Source of the DNA: Planctomycetota bacterium
Lineage (GTDB): Bacteria > Planctomycetota > MHYJ01 > JACPTZ01
Assembly (NCBI GenBank): GCA_016192525.1
Contig: JACPTZ010000154.1
Span: 4,290 to 68,289 of the forward strand
Direction: 5' to 3'
DNA length: 64,000 bases
The position numbers were made by a program, and so were the translations under genes. Of the stretch, positions 51,352 through 60,714 are shown piece by piece. The notes under the pieces are model-generated. The model searched no databases, was not told where the DNA came from, and worked only from the letters and a program-made list of their open reading frames with translations. How positions within the stretch are numbered: the stretch's first letter is position 1; the number at the start of each line of letters is the position of its first letter.

Positions 51352-51801
51352 TCATCCTGGAATCATCGTGAGACCCACCCGCCGGAATCCCTCGTCGAAC
51401 GTGAAGACCTCACGAATTCCGTGCCGACGCATGATGGCCACGCAGGTGGCGTCGGTGAAGGAGAATTCCTGGTCGGAGTAGCGCAGGAAGAGTCCCCAAG
51501 CCGCCCCCTCGGTCTCCTCCGTGACGAATTCGCGACGGATGCTTCTACTCATGAGGATGATTTCGCCGACCCGTCGCGCCTCGGCGGCCCCACACCGACG
51601 CTTCACCCGACTGACGAGCTCATCGAACACGTAGTTCGAGGTGAGCATCCGAACTCCCCGCTCGGCGAGTCGTCTCATCGCCTCCTTCGCGCGGACGTGG
51701 CAGGAATCTCGTTCAACGAGCCACGCGATGAGACCACTCGTGTCCGCGAACACACAGGCGGCGCCGAAAGACCCGCCCCTAGTCGGTGTCGTAGTCGGCA
51801 T
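51352..51801 (-). CDS. PIN-domain ribonuclease toxin (VapC-like)
   Basis: VFADTSGLIA (first Asp), NYVFDELV (Glu), FSFTDATCVAIM (Asp) and the REVFTFDEGF tail. Confidence 0.75.
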   Translation of the reverse strand: MPTTTPTRGGSFGAACVFADTSGLIAWLVERDSCHVRAKEAMRRLAERGVRMLTSNYVFDELVSRVKRRCGAAEARRVGEIILMSRSIRREFVTEETEGAAWGLFLRYSDQEFSFTDATCVAIMRRHGIREVFTFDEGFRRVGLTMIPG

Positions 51802-52141
51802 CCTCCTCCTTCCCCACGGGGTTCCGCCGCCATGTCTTGATGGTGCCGCAGGCCTTGTAGAACGGGTCGTTCTCCCACTCCTCCTTCGTCAGGGGCCGCA
51901 CCTCATAGAACCGATGGCCGTTCAGGCCCACGCTGGCGATCGTCTCGCCGCGTCGGCGCAAGAACGCCACGACCCGATGGGCGGTGGGGACTGAGACCCC
52001 CAGACGCTTCGCAAGTCCCGCAGAAGAGAGGCGGTGCTGGCAGAGGAGAACCCAGGCCCGCAAATTCCTTCCGGAAAGAGGTTCTCTCCGTCTTCCCCCC
52101 ATCCTGCGTGTGGCGCGCATGGCCATCCTCCTGAGAGGCAA
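51779..52141 (-). CDS. wHTH DNA-binding protein, candidate cognate antitoxin of the PIN toxin
   Basis: LSSAGLAKRLGVSVPTAHRVVAFLRRRG is an HTH. The acidic tail is KEEDADYDTD. The 3' end overlaps the PIN gene by 23 nt. Confidence 0.5.
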   Translation of the reverse strand: MPLRRMAMRATRRMGGRRREPLSGRNLRAWVLLCQHRLSSAGLAKRLGVSVPTAHRVVAFLRRRGETIASVGLNGHRFYEVRPLTKEEWENDPFYKACGTIKTWRRNPVGKEEDADYDTD

Positions 52142-52189
52142 CGACTCTATCCTATCATCAGTGATCGCATGAGATCAATGATGATCGTG

Positions 52190-54634
52190 TCATGGCGACA
52201 CGCCCGCTGACGCGCCGGATGGCTTCTTTTTCCGCTCTCCCTCTCCGCCCGCCGCCCGGCCATCCCCGCCCTCGACGGGGGTCGGAACCCGGATCGGCTC
52301 GGGCAGGGTCACCTCGGGGATCCGCGTCGGGCCGTACCGCTTCGACGGCGATTGAAGGGCCTTGAGCACCTTGTCCGGCGTGATCGGGACCTCGTCCACC
52401 CGCACCCGCACCGCGTCGTACACCGCGTTCGCCACCGCCGGCATGATCGGCAGCAGCGGCCCCTGCCCCACCTCCTTCGCGCCGAACGGGCCGTTCGGGT
52501 CGGGGTCCTCCACGATGTACGTCACCACCTCCGGCATCTCCATCGTCGTCAGACTCTTGTACTCGAGGAGCGAGGGGAACTTGTGAACCCCGTGCCGGTC
52601 GCGGCGGAAGACCTGCTCCTCCATCAGCGCCTCGCCGAGCCCCATGTAGACCGATCCCTCCACCTGCCCCATCACCAGCACCGGATTGATGCACTGGCCG
52701 ACGTCGTGCGCCACCCAGATCTTGTTCACCGTGATCCAGCCGGTCTCGGGAGAAACGGTCAGATCGACCACCGCCGCGCTGTACGAGTAGGCGGGCGATG
52801 GCCCCACCCCGGACCCGCGAAACTTCCCGTGCGAGACGGGTGGAGTGTAGGAGCCGACCGTCCCGATCGTCCCGTACTTCGCCTCGGCCGCCACGACCGC
52901 CTCCGCGAACGTCATCCCGCGCTCCGGATCGCCGGCGTCGAACACCCGCCCGCCGGCGCAGACGATCCGGTTCACCGGAATCTGGAATTTCTCCGCGGCG
53001 GCCTGGGCCAGGAGTTCCCTCGCCCGTTCCGCCGCCTGGATCGCCGCGTTCCCCATCATGAGCGTGACCCGGCTGGAGTAGGAGCCGAGGTCGACGGGCG
53101 TGAGGTCGGTGTCGCCGTAGACGACGCGGATGTCGTAGGGATCGATCCCGAGCACCTCGGCCACCGTCTGGGCGAGCACCGTATCCGAGCCCTGGCCGAT
53201 GTCGATCTCGCCGCAGAAGACGCAGACTCCCCCGCCGCGATCGAGCTTGAGCTGCACACCGGTGTGCGGCATGTTGTTCCAGTAGATCGGGAGCCCGGCC
53301 CCGCACAGGTACGACGAGCAGGCCAGCCCGAGTCCGCGGCCGAACGGCAACCGGCGGAACCGGTTCCTCCAGTCCGACCCGCGCACCACCTTCTCGATGC
53401 ACTTCCCGAGTCCCATCGAACCGATGCGCAGGTGATTGGCGGTGAGGCTGTTCGCGGGCTGGAGATTCCGGAGCCGCCACTCCGCGGGATCGATCCCGAG
53501 CCGCTCGCTGATCTTGTCGATGTGGACCTCGAGGGCGAACCGCGGCTGGGGCGTCCCGTGCCCGCGCTTCGGCCCGCAGGGAGGCTTGTTGGTGAAGCAG
53601 CGGACGCCGTCGAACCGGTATTGCGGCACCTGGTAGGTCACGGTCTGGAGCGCCCCGGTGTAATACGTGCTCGCCACGCCATAGGAGCCGTAGCCGCCGC
53701 CGTCGAGGAACGACTTGAAGTGCATCGCGGCGATCGAGCCGTCCTTCCTCACGCCGGTCTTCACCCGCATCAGGACCGGGTGCCGTCCGCGGTGGCAGTA
53801 GAACACCTCCTCCCGCGTGAGGGTGACCTTCACCGGCCGGCCGGTCATGAGGGCGAGTTTCGCCACGACGATCTCGTGGTTGAAGGGGTCGCTCTTCCCC
53901 CCGAATCCGCCCCCGTTCGGACAGGCGATGACCCGGATCCGGGCGGGGGGCATCTCCAGCACTTTCGCCAGCGCGCGATGGACGTAGTGCGGGGTCTGGG
54001 TGCTGGACCAGACGGTGAGTTTCCCGTCCGGATCGACCGCCGCGAGGGCGGAATGCTGCTCCATGGGGAGGTGGGTGTTCCCCTCGAAGTACATCGTGTC
54101 CTCAAAGACCTGGTCCGCCCCGGCGAGTCCCTTCGCGACGTCGCCGAACTCGAGCGAGACCTTCTTGTGGATGTTGCCGTCGTCGCCGTAGTCGTGCAGG
54201 CGCGGCTCCGGGTTCTGGATCGCATCCTCGATGGACAGGATTTCCTTCAGCGGCTCATAGTCCACCCTGATCGCGTTCATCGCGTCGAAGGCGACATCCT
54301 CATCCACCGCGGCGACGGCGGCGACGGGATCGCCGACGAAGCGCACGTGGTCCGGGCAGAGGGCATGCTCGTCCTGCGAGACGGGGAGGATGCCGAACGG
54401 GACCGGCAGGCTCTTCCCGGTGAGGACGGCGAAGACGCCCGGCCTCTTCGCGGCCCGGCGGGTGTCGATCTTCCGGATGAGGGCGTGAGGGATCGGGGCG
54501 CGGAGGAGCTTGCAGAAGAGCATCCGCGGCAGGACGAGATCGTCGGCGAACTTCGTCACGCCGGCGCACTTGGAGAGGCCGTCGATCTTCCGGACCGGGT
54601 GGCCGATCGTCTTGAAGGGACGAGGGGAGGACAT
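52190..54634 (-). CDS. Molybdopterin-binding large subunit of xanthine dehydrogenase/aldehyde oxidoreductase family
   Basis: 814 aa. G.TKFADD N-terminal pattern, GGGFGGK, and multiple Ald_Xan_dh_C-type segments. It follows the 2Fe-2S subunit. Confidence 0.88.
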   Translation of the reverse strand: MSSPRPFKTIGHPVRKIDGLSKCAGVTKFADDLVLPRMLFCKLLRAPIPHALIRKIDTRRAAKRPGVFAVLTGKSLPVPFGILPVSQDEHALCPDHVRFVGDPVAAVAAVDEDVAFDAMNAIRVDYEPLKEILSIEDAIQNPEPRLHDYGDDGNIHKKVSLEFGDVAKGLAGADQVFEDTMYFEGNTHLPMEQHSALAAVDPDGKLTVWSSTQTPHYVHRALAKVLEMPPARIRVIACPNGGGFGGKSDPFNHEIVVAKLALMTGRPVKVTLTREEVFYCHRGRHPVLMRVKTGVRKDGSIAAMHFKSFLDGGGYGSYGVASTYYTGALQTVTYQVPQYRFDGVRCFTNKPPCGPKRGHGTPQPRFALEVHIDKISERLGIDPAEWRLRNLQPANSLTANHLRIGSMGLGKCIEKVVRGSDWRNRFRRLPFGRGLGLACSSYLCGAGLPIYWNNMPHTGVQLKLDRGGGVCVFCGEIDIGQGSDTVLAQTVAEVLGIDPYDIRVVYGDTDLTPVDLGSYSSRVTLMMGNAAIQAAERARELLAQAAAEKFQIPVNRIVCAGGRVFDAGDPERGMTFAEAVVAAEAKYGTIGTVGSYTPPVSHGKFRGSGVGPSPAYSYSAAVVDLTVSPETGWITVNKIWVAHDVGQCINPVLVMGQVEGSVYMGLGEALMEEQVFRRDRHGVHKFPSLLEYKSLTTMEMPEVVTYIVEDPDPNGPFGAKEVGQGPLLPIMPAVANAVYDAVRVRVDEVPITPDKVLKALQSPSKRYGPTRIPEVTLPEPIRVPTPVEGGDGRAAGGEGERKKKPSGASAGVSP

Positions 54635-54647
54635 GGGGAACTCCGGC

Positions 54648-55187
54648 CTAGACTTCGTATCCGCGCAGAATCTCGCGCGACGGTTCGGCCTTCGGGTCCT
54701 TGAGGCGCCGCGCGGCCAACTCCACCGCCTCGTAGATCTTGATGTAGCCGGTGCAGCGGCAGAGATTCCCCGAGAGGGCCTCGCGGATGCGGTCGCGCGG
54801 CGGATTCGGGTCTTCGTCGAGCAGGGCCTTCGACGCGAGGAGGATGCCGGGCGTGCAGTAGCCGCACTGGGCCGCCCCGAGCTCCGCGAAGGACTGCTGG
54901 AGCGGATGGGGCTGCGGACCGTCCGCCAGCCCTTCGACGGTGATGATGTCCATCCCCTCGCACTCGAGGCCGAGGACGAGACAGGAGAGCTGCGGCTCCC
55001 CGTCGATGAGGACGGTGCAGGTGCCGCACTCGCCGAGTTCGCAGCCGTGCTTCGTGCCGGTGAGCCCCATGTCCTCGCGGAGGACTTCGAGCAGCGTCTT
55101 GTGCGGGGCGAAGGCGACCTCGTGCGTCTCGCCGTTGACGCGGATCCGGAGATGGACCTTCCGCTTCCGGGGGAGCCGGGTCTTCAT
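54648..55187 (-). CDS. (2Fe-2S)-binding small subunit of molybdenum hydroxylase
   Basis: GCELGECGTCTV and CGYCTPG cluster motifs, plus NLCRCTGY. ATG 55187 overlaps the TetR stop (ATGA). Confidence 0.9.
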   Translation of the reverse strand: MKTRLPRKRKVHLRIRVNGETHEVAFAPHKTLLEVLREDMGLTGTKHGCELGECGTCTVLIDGEPQLSCLVLGLECEGMDIITVEGLADGPQPHPLQQSFAELGAAQCGYCTPGILLASKALLDEDPNPPRDRIREALSGNLCRCTGYIKIYEAVELAARRLKDPKAEPSREILRGYEV

Positions 55188-55780
55188 GAACGTCTCAGGC
55201 CTCTCACGAGATAGTCTGCGAACTCCTCCGCGATCCGCCCGGGGGGAAAGGGGCCGTCGGGACGGTACCACTGCGCGGTGCCGTTCACGGCGCCGAGGAT
55301 GGCGAGGGCCGCCAGCTTCGGGTCGCAGGGGGCGAAGGCGCGGGAGCGGACCCCGCGGGCGATCAGGGTGCGGAGCACGCGCTCGTACCGGTCGCGCTGG
55401 GCCAGGATGCGCCGGCGCGGGGCGGGACGGAGGGCGTGGACCTCAAGATGCGCCCCCGCCCCGGGGAGTTCGTCCAGGATGCAGCGGAGATGGGCTGCGA
55501 TGAGGGCGCGAAGCTGCCGGGCCGGTCCGCCCGGCGTCCGGCGGGCCCGGGCGGCCTCGGCGAGGAGCCGCCCGCAGGCCTCCTCCTGGCAGAAGGCGAG
55601 GAGGTCGTGCTTGTCCCGGAAGTAGTAGTAGAGGTTTCCGGGGGCCATCTCCAGCCGGCGGGCGATGTCGCGCATCCCCGCCCCGGCGTATCCGCGGTCG
55701 CGGAACGCCTCCGCCGCGCCGCGCAGGATGGCCAGGCGCTTCGCCCGCGTCTTTGAACGACCGTTCAAAAGTTGAACCAT
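55184..55780 (-). CDS. TetR/AcrR family transcriptional regulator
   Basis: ILRGAAEAFRDRGYAGAGMRDIARRLEMAPGNLYYYFRDK is the canonical TetR HTH. Confidence 0.9.
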   Translation of the reverse strand: MVQLLNGRSKTRAKRLAILRGAAEAFRDRGYAGAGMRDIARRLEMAPGNLYYYFRDKHDLLAFCQEEACGRLLAEAARARRTPGGPARQLRALIAAHLRCILDELPGAGAHLEVHALRPAPRRRILAQRDRYERVLRTLIARGVRSRAFAPCDPKLAALAILGAVNGTAQWYRPDGPFPPGRIAEEFADYLVRGLRRS

Positions 55781-55787
55781 TGTTCAA
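55753..55787. promoter_or_regulatory. Tandem TTGAAC-N4-GTTCAA palindromes (candidate TetR operators) spanning the TetR start codon
   Basis: ttgaac gacc gttcaa (55753-55768) and ttgaac catt gttcaa (55772-55787). The TetR ATG (55780-55778) lies in the spacer of the second palindrome. Confidence 0.55.
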
Positions 55788-55886
55788 ATTATGAGGGACC
55801 GGAGGAGGCGTGTCAAGCGAAATCTCCGGATGACGGGCGCCGGCGAGGTGAGGCCCGGAGGCGCCGCGCGACGGGCGGAATCCCGG

Positions 55887-56780
55887 CTATCTTCCGCCCC
55901 GGGGATCCCGGGCATGGCCCCCCGGTTCCAACACGAGCCACAGGTCGTGCGAGACCCGGCGGATCTTTCCTTTCCGGTCGAAGTGGATGAGGGCGAGCGG
56001 GACCGGGTGATCGGGGTCGATCGCGACGTCCACGGCGTCCGGGGTTCGACGGGGGCGCGCGAACTCCACGATCCAGCGCCCGCAGGACCAGGAGCCGGCG
56101 GCCTCGACGTCGCAGGAGCCCGCCTCCCCCTCCGGAGGAGGTTCGCAGGAGTCCCGTCCGGACGCGGCCCAACCCGGCGCGATCTCCGAGTCGGACACGA
56201 GTTCCGCCTGAACGCCGCCCGTGGCCAGCGGGACCGTCAGCGCGGGATCCGGGATGGCCGAATGGAAGAACCGGCAGGTGAGATCTCCGGCGCTCCCCCC
56301 CCCTTCCAGCGGATGGGCGGCCCACCTCCACAGGTCCCATCTCCCCTGGAGACGGGCAGACGAATCGGAGAGCGGGAAGCCGACCGCCATCGCGCACTCC
56401 CCGGCGGGGGATGGGGGGGCGATGAAGTTGGCGGCCCGGGCCTTGCCGCTGGCCCGGTCCGACAGGTCGCGCCAGGAGACGGCGAAGTAGACGTGCGTGT
56501 CGGTGTGGACCGACTGAACGGTGTAGCGCGGGTTGAATACCCCCTTGCGGCCGGGCGAGGGCCCCTGCGCGGCGATTTCGACGGCCGGCGCCCGTCGCCA
56601 GGCGCCGTCGTCGCGGTCCCCGTCCACCCGGGGGGGCTGGTCGACGTGCGGGGAGTAGATCCGCTGTCCCCCGTAGCGGGCGGGATCGTTCCCGGTGTAC
56701 CCCCAGCCAATCCTCTCCTTGAAGCAGCCCGCGGCCAGGGGGGCGAGGAAGAGAGCCAGAACGACGATCGTGCGGCGCAT
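55887..56780 (-). CDS. Lipoprotein with DOMON/EB_dh-like (CBM9-like) domain
   Basis: SD aaggagg precedes ATG 56780. LAPLAAGC lipobox. PRVDGDRDDGAWRRAPAVEI plus the HVYFAVSW pattern is typical of EB_dh/CBM9-like domains. Confidence 0.45.
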   Translation of the reverse strand: MRRTIVVLALFLAPLAAGCFKERIGWGYTGNDPARYGGQRIYSPHVDQPPRVDGDRDDGAWRRAPAVEIAAQGPSPGRKGVFNPRYTVQSVHTDTHVYFAVSWRDLSDRASGKARAANFIAPPSPAGECAMAVGFPLSDSSARLQGRWDLWRWAAHPLEGGGSAGDLTCRFFHSAIPDPALTVPLATGGVQAELVSDSEIAPGWAASGRDSCEPPPEGEAGSCDVEAAGSWSCGRWIVEFARPRRTPDAVDVAIDPDHPVPLALIHFDRKGKIRRVSHDLWLVLEPGGHARDPRGGR

Positions 56781-57055
56781 CGAGTCCTCCTTCGAAACGC
56801 CGGCAAGTCTCGACGGGCACCCTAGCAAATCGCCCCGGGGCGTGTCGAGGGGAGTTTGGCCCCCGCCTCCATACAACAGAATAAGCGTGCACGTACATTC
56901 CGTATAGCAGGGTGCGATCTGACGGATGCGCGGGATGTCGATCCGGATGCGGCGGACTCGAGCCCGGGGACCGATGTCGCACGCCCCCTATTTCCATTCT
57001 CTTCCCCCCTGACCATGATAGGATACCCCGCGTCTCTCCCCTGAAGGAGTCCCCC

Positions 57056-58486
57056 ATGAAGCATCGTTCCCGTCTGCTCCCGCCCGTATGCGTCCTCCTC
57101 CTCCTCGCCGGCGCCCGGACCGCCCGGGCGCTCGACCTCGCCGAGTACGTCAAGGCGCCCGACGCGTCGTACGCCTGGAAGATCGAGTCCAACGACACCG
57201 CCGAGGGAGTGGGGACCACGCTCACGATCCACATGACCTCGCAGACCTGGCACGGGATCGACTGGACGCACTGGCTCACGGTGGTCGTTCCCGAGAAAGT
57301 GACCCACCCCGAGTACGCCCTCCTCCTCGTGAGTGGCGGGCGGAACCGCGACGAACCGCCGAAGCTCTCCGGCGAGGCGATGATCCTCGCGCAACTCGCC
57401 CAGAAGACCGGGACCGTGGTGGCGGTCGTTCAGCAGGTCCCGAACCAGCCCCTCTTCAACAACCTCCGCGAGGACGGGCTGATCGCCTTCACCTTCATGA
57501 ACTACTTCAACACGAAGGACGAAACCTGGCCCTGCCTGCTCCCGATGACGAAGAGCGCCGTCCGCGCGATGGATACGGTGCAGGCGGTGGTGAAGGAGAA
57601 GTTCCAGCAGGAGGTTCAGAAATTCGTCGTGACCGGGGCGTCGAAGCGGGGGTGGACCACCTGGCTCACCGGCGCGGTCGATCCGCGCGTCTGCGCCATC
57701 GCCCCGATGGTGATCGACGTCCTCAACTTCCACAAGCAGATGCCGCACCAGATCGAGTCGTTCGGCCGCTATTCCGAGCAGATCGGCGACTACACAGAGC
57801 TCGGCCTGCAGGCGCTCATGAGCACGCCGGCCGGCGATCGCCTCCTCCAGCTCGTCGATCCCTACTCCTACCTCGACCAGCTCACGATGCCGAAGCTGAT
57901 CGTCCTGGGGACGAACGACCCCTACTGGCCGGTGGACGCGGCGAAGCTGTACTTCCCCGATCTCAAGGGGGACAAGTACATCCACTACGTGCCGAACGCG
58001 GGACACGGCCTGGGCGCCGGCGCGGTGGAGGCGATCTCGGCGTTCTACCAGTCGGTGGTGGCGGGGGAGGAGCGGCCGAAACTGTCCTGGGAGCGGGTGG
58101 AGGAAGGCGGCCGCGCGGGACTGCGACTCACCCTCTCGGGCGGCGGGATGACCTGCATCGAGGTCTGGAAGGCCACCTCACCGACGCGCGACTTCCGCAA
58201 GGCGGAGTGGTCGCCCGACATGACCGAGGAGGGGCTCCATCCGATCGGGGATCTGAAGCTGAAGATCCTGTTCCTGCCGACGGCGCGGGAGGACTTCGCC
58301 GCCTATTTCGGCCGGGTGACGTACAAGAGCAGCCTCGGGATGGAATACTCGCTCTGCACGAACGTGGAAGTGCTGGCTCCGCCGGCGAAGCCGAAGGAGC
58401 CGGTCCCGGCGGCCACGGAGGGGTCGGAGCCCGGCGAGCCGGCGCCGGCGTCGGACGAGGCCGGGAAGAGCGGAGGGGGCGAGTGA
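57056..58486 (+). CDS. PhoPQ-activated pathogenicity-related (PqaA-type) alpha/beta-hydrolase-like secreted protein
   Basis: Signal peptide. W.HWL.VVVP, GASKRGWTTWLT and NDPYW strings match my recollection of the PhoPQ_related family. Confidence 0.6.
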   Translation: MKHRSRLLPPVCVLLLLAGARTARALDLAEYVKAPDASYAWKIESNDTAEGVGTTLTIHMTSQTWHGIDWTHWLTVVVPEKVTHPEYALLLVSGGRNRDEPPKLSGEAMILAQLAQKTGTVVAVVQQVPNQPLFNNLREDGLIAFTFMNYFNTKDETWPCLLPMTKSAVRAMDTVQAVVKEKFQQEVQKFVVTGASKRGWTTWLTGAVDPRVCAIAPMVIDVLNFHKQMPHQIESFGRYSEQIGDYTELGLQALMSTPAGDRLLQLVDPYSYLDQLTMPKLIVLGTNDPYWPVDAAKLYFPDLKGDKYIHYVPNAGHGLGAGAVEAISAFYQSVVAGEERPKLSWERVEEGGRAGLRLTLSGGGMTCIEVWKATSPTRDFRKAEWSPDMTEEGLHPIGDLKLKILFLPTAREDFAAYFGRVTYKSSLGMEYSLCTNVEVLAPPAKPKEPVPAATEGSEPGEPAPASDEAGKSGGGE

Positions 58487-59115
58487 GCGGCGCCCGCGCT
58501 CATTCTCTGGAGTCGGCTCTGAAGGCGATGGACACCATGGCGCCCGGAGAACCGTACGCCCTCCGAAGGGAGGACAGCAAGCGTCGTCTGCTGGAGGATC
58601 TCCGCCGGCTCTGCGACGATCTGAAGATCGAACCGCTCGTCATCGGGGCCCTCGCCGTCAATCACCACGGCTACTCCCGATTCACGGCGGACGTGGACCT
58701 GCTCCTGGCGCGGAAGGACGCGGAGATCCTGATTCGACGCCTCCGCTCCGAGCCCGGATGGAAGCGCTATCACGAGGGATTCAAGAACACGATCCTCGAC
58801 GTCGGCGTGGACCTGCTCGTCGAGGGAGAGCGCACGTCACCCCAGTGGGAGGAGCGGTTTCCAGCACCGACGAAGCTGCGCGTCGAGCCGATCGACCCCT
58901 TCTCCGTCCCGCGACTGGCCGATCTCCTCGCCCTTAGGGTGATGTCGGGTCGGGCCCGCGACGACGCGGATGTCGTGGAGCTGCTCAAACGCCACGTGAG
59001 ACGCGCATCCCGCCTTCGAGTCGAGGCGGCCAGGCGTCTGGCCACCGTCGCGGCGCGCGATCACCTCGAAGCGCTTTGCCGGCGCGCGACGGAAGAGATG
59101 CGGAGATGGCGTTGA
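58483..59115 (+). CDS. Nucleotidyltransferase-fold-like protein (function unknown)
   Basis: VIGALAVNHHGYSRFTADVDLLL resembles the GxxAxxxHGxxRxTxDxD minimal-NTase motif. GTG 58483 overlaps the upstream stop. An alternative ATG is at 58528. Confidence 0.45.
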   Translation: MSGARAHSLESALKAMDTMAPGEPYALRREDSKRRLLEDLRRLCDDLKIEPLVIGALAVNHHGYSRFTADVDLLLARKDAEILIRRLRSEPGWKRYHEGFKNTILDVGVDLLVEGERTSPQWEERFPAPTKLRVEPIDPFSVPRLADLLALRVMSGRARDDADVVELLKRHVRRASRLRVEAARRLATVAARDHLEALCRRATEEMRRWR

Positions 59116-59630
59116 AGCGACGCTCGCGACCGTTTCTCCGTGACCTCCTCCGCCCCGGACTTCGCCTCGTGATTGTCGGCTTCAACCCCGGGGCGGTCTC
59201 GGCCGCGCGCGGGCACTACTACGCGAAGCCGGGGAACCAGTTTTATCCGCTGCTCGCGGAAGTCGGACTCACCCCGCGGCCACTGTCTCCCGACGAAGAT
59301 CGCACCCTTCCCCGCTTCGGAATCGGTCTTGCCGACCTCTGCCCGTGGCGGGCCGGGCCATCGGACATCCTCACGGGATCGGACATCCGGCGGGGCCGGG
59401 TCGGTCTCCTCGCCAAGCTGCGCCGCGTGGCCCCGCGCGCCGTCGCCTTCAACGGGCTCACGCTCTTCCGGCACGTCTTCGGCCGAACGCCCGCCCCCGG
59501 CCTCCAGCCGGAGCGGATCGGCCGAAGTTTTGTTTTCGCGCTGCCCTCGACGAGCGGGCTCGTGAACGGGCGGTGGGAGGAACGCCGAGCGGCGTTCCGG
59601 AACCTGGCCCGGTGGCTTGACGAGGCTTGA
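59106..59630 (+). CDS. mug: Mismatch-specific uracil-DNA glycosylase (Mug/TDG family)
   Basis: LVIVGFNPG..S......YYAKPGNQFYPLL matches the Mug GINPG...N.FW motif. C-terminal ALPSTSG. Confidence 0.65.
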   Translation: MALKRRSRPFLRDLLRPGLRLVIVGFNPGAVSAARGHYYAKPGNQFYPLLAEVGLTPRPLSPDEDRTLPRFGIGLADLCPWRAGPSDILTGSDIRRGRVGLLAKLRRVAPRAVAFNGLTLFRHVFGRTPAPGLQPERIGRSFVFALPSTSGLVNGRWEERRAAFRNLARWLDEA

Positions 59631-59701
59631 CGGTCGCGCCCCGCCCCCCTAGAATTCACAACTCGAGCCCCGTGTGCCTTCCCCACCCAGGAGCCCCTCC
59701 C

Positions 59702-60478
59702 ATGAAGTCGCCCGCCCTTCCTCTCTTCGTCCTTCTTGCCGCCACAACCCTGGAGGCCGCCGTGAAGACCGAGCCCCTGCAGTACACGCATGGTGATGTC
59801 GTCCTTGAGGGATACCTTGCCTACGACGATGCGTCCGGGGAGAGGCGACCCGGGGTCCTCGTCTGCCACGAGTGGAAGGGACACGGCCCGTACGTGCGGA
59901 GGCGGGCCGAGATGCTGGCTCAGATGGGGTACATCGCCTTCGCTCTCGACATGTACGGAAAGGGGGTCTTCGCGAAAAGCCACGACGAGGCGGCGAAGCT
60001 CTCGGGCGCCCACTTCAACGACCGCAAACTGATGCGCGAGCGGGCCGCCACCGGGCTCGCCGTCCTCACCGGACATCGGCTCTGCGACCCGGGACGGGTG
60101 GCCGCCATCGGCTACTGCTTCGGCGGGACTACCGTCCTTGAACTCGCCCGGAGCGGTGCGGAACTCGCCGCCGTGGTGAGCTTTCATGGAATCCTCTCCA
60201 CGCCCCACCCGGAGGACGCGAAGAAGATCAAGGCAAAGGTCCTCATCTGCCACGGCGCGGAGGACGGCTTCATTCCGGAGAAGGACATCGCCGCCTTCCA
60301 CAAGGAGATGAAAGACGCCGGCGTCGACTACCAGTTCATCGCCTACGGCGGCGCCGTGCACTCGTTCACGGTGAAGGAGGCTGGAGTCGACGGCGCGTCG
60401 AGCCTGGCCTACAACGAGAAGGCGGATCGGCGGTCGTGGGAGGCGATGAAGGGTTTGTTTGAGGAGGCGTTCGAGTAG
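59702..60478 (+). CDS. Dienelactone hydrolase family protein (secreted)
   Basis: Signal peptide. PGVLVCHEWKG, GYCFGG nucleophile elbow and HGAEDGFIP. Confidence 0.8.
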   Translation: MKSPALPLFVLLAATTLEAAVKTEPLQYTHGDVVLEGYLAYDDASGERRPGVLVCHEWKGHGPYVRRRAEMLAQMGYIAFALDMYGKGVFAKSHDEAAKLSGAHFNDRKLMRERAATGLAVLTGHRLCDPGRVAAIGYCFGGTTVLELARSGAELAAVVSFHGILSTPHPEDAKKIKAKVLICHGAEDGFIPEKDIAAFHKEMKDAGVDYQFIAYGGAVHSFTVKEAGVDGASSLAYNEKADRRSWEAMKGLFEEAFE

Positions 60479-60505
60479 GCGAGGGAGGGACGTCTTCTCG
60501 TGATT

Positions 60506-60703
60506 TCACATCGCGAGAAGGCGGGTGAAGTCCCCCACGGTCAAGCCCGCCTTGCGAATCAGTCCGCGCAGAAGGCCGGGGCCCAGGACATTGTGGTCCG
60601 GGATGCTCAGATGGGCCTGCACCCCGGGCTTGATGTAGATCATGTGGCTTCCACGTTGACGGTCGAAGACCCACCCCGCGCGCTCGAAAGCAGGGGCCGC
60701 CAC
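60506..60703 (-). CDS. hicA: HicA mRNA interferase toxin
   Basis: FERAGWVFDRQRGSHMIYIKPG...IPDHNVLGPGLLRGLIRKAGL matches the YcfA/HicA pattern. GTG 60703 lies 12 nt after the hicB stop. Confidence 0.75.
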   Translation of the reverse strand: MAAPAFERAGWVFDRQRGSHMIYIKPGVQAHLSIPDHNVLGPGLLRGLIRKAGLTVGDFTRLLAM

Positions 60704-60714
60704 CCGACCGGAAA

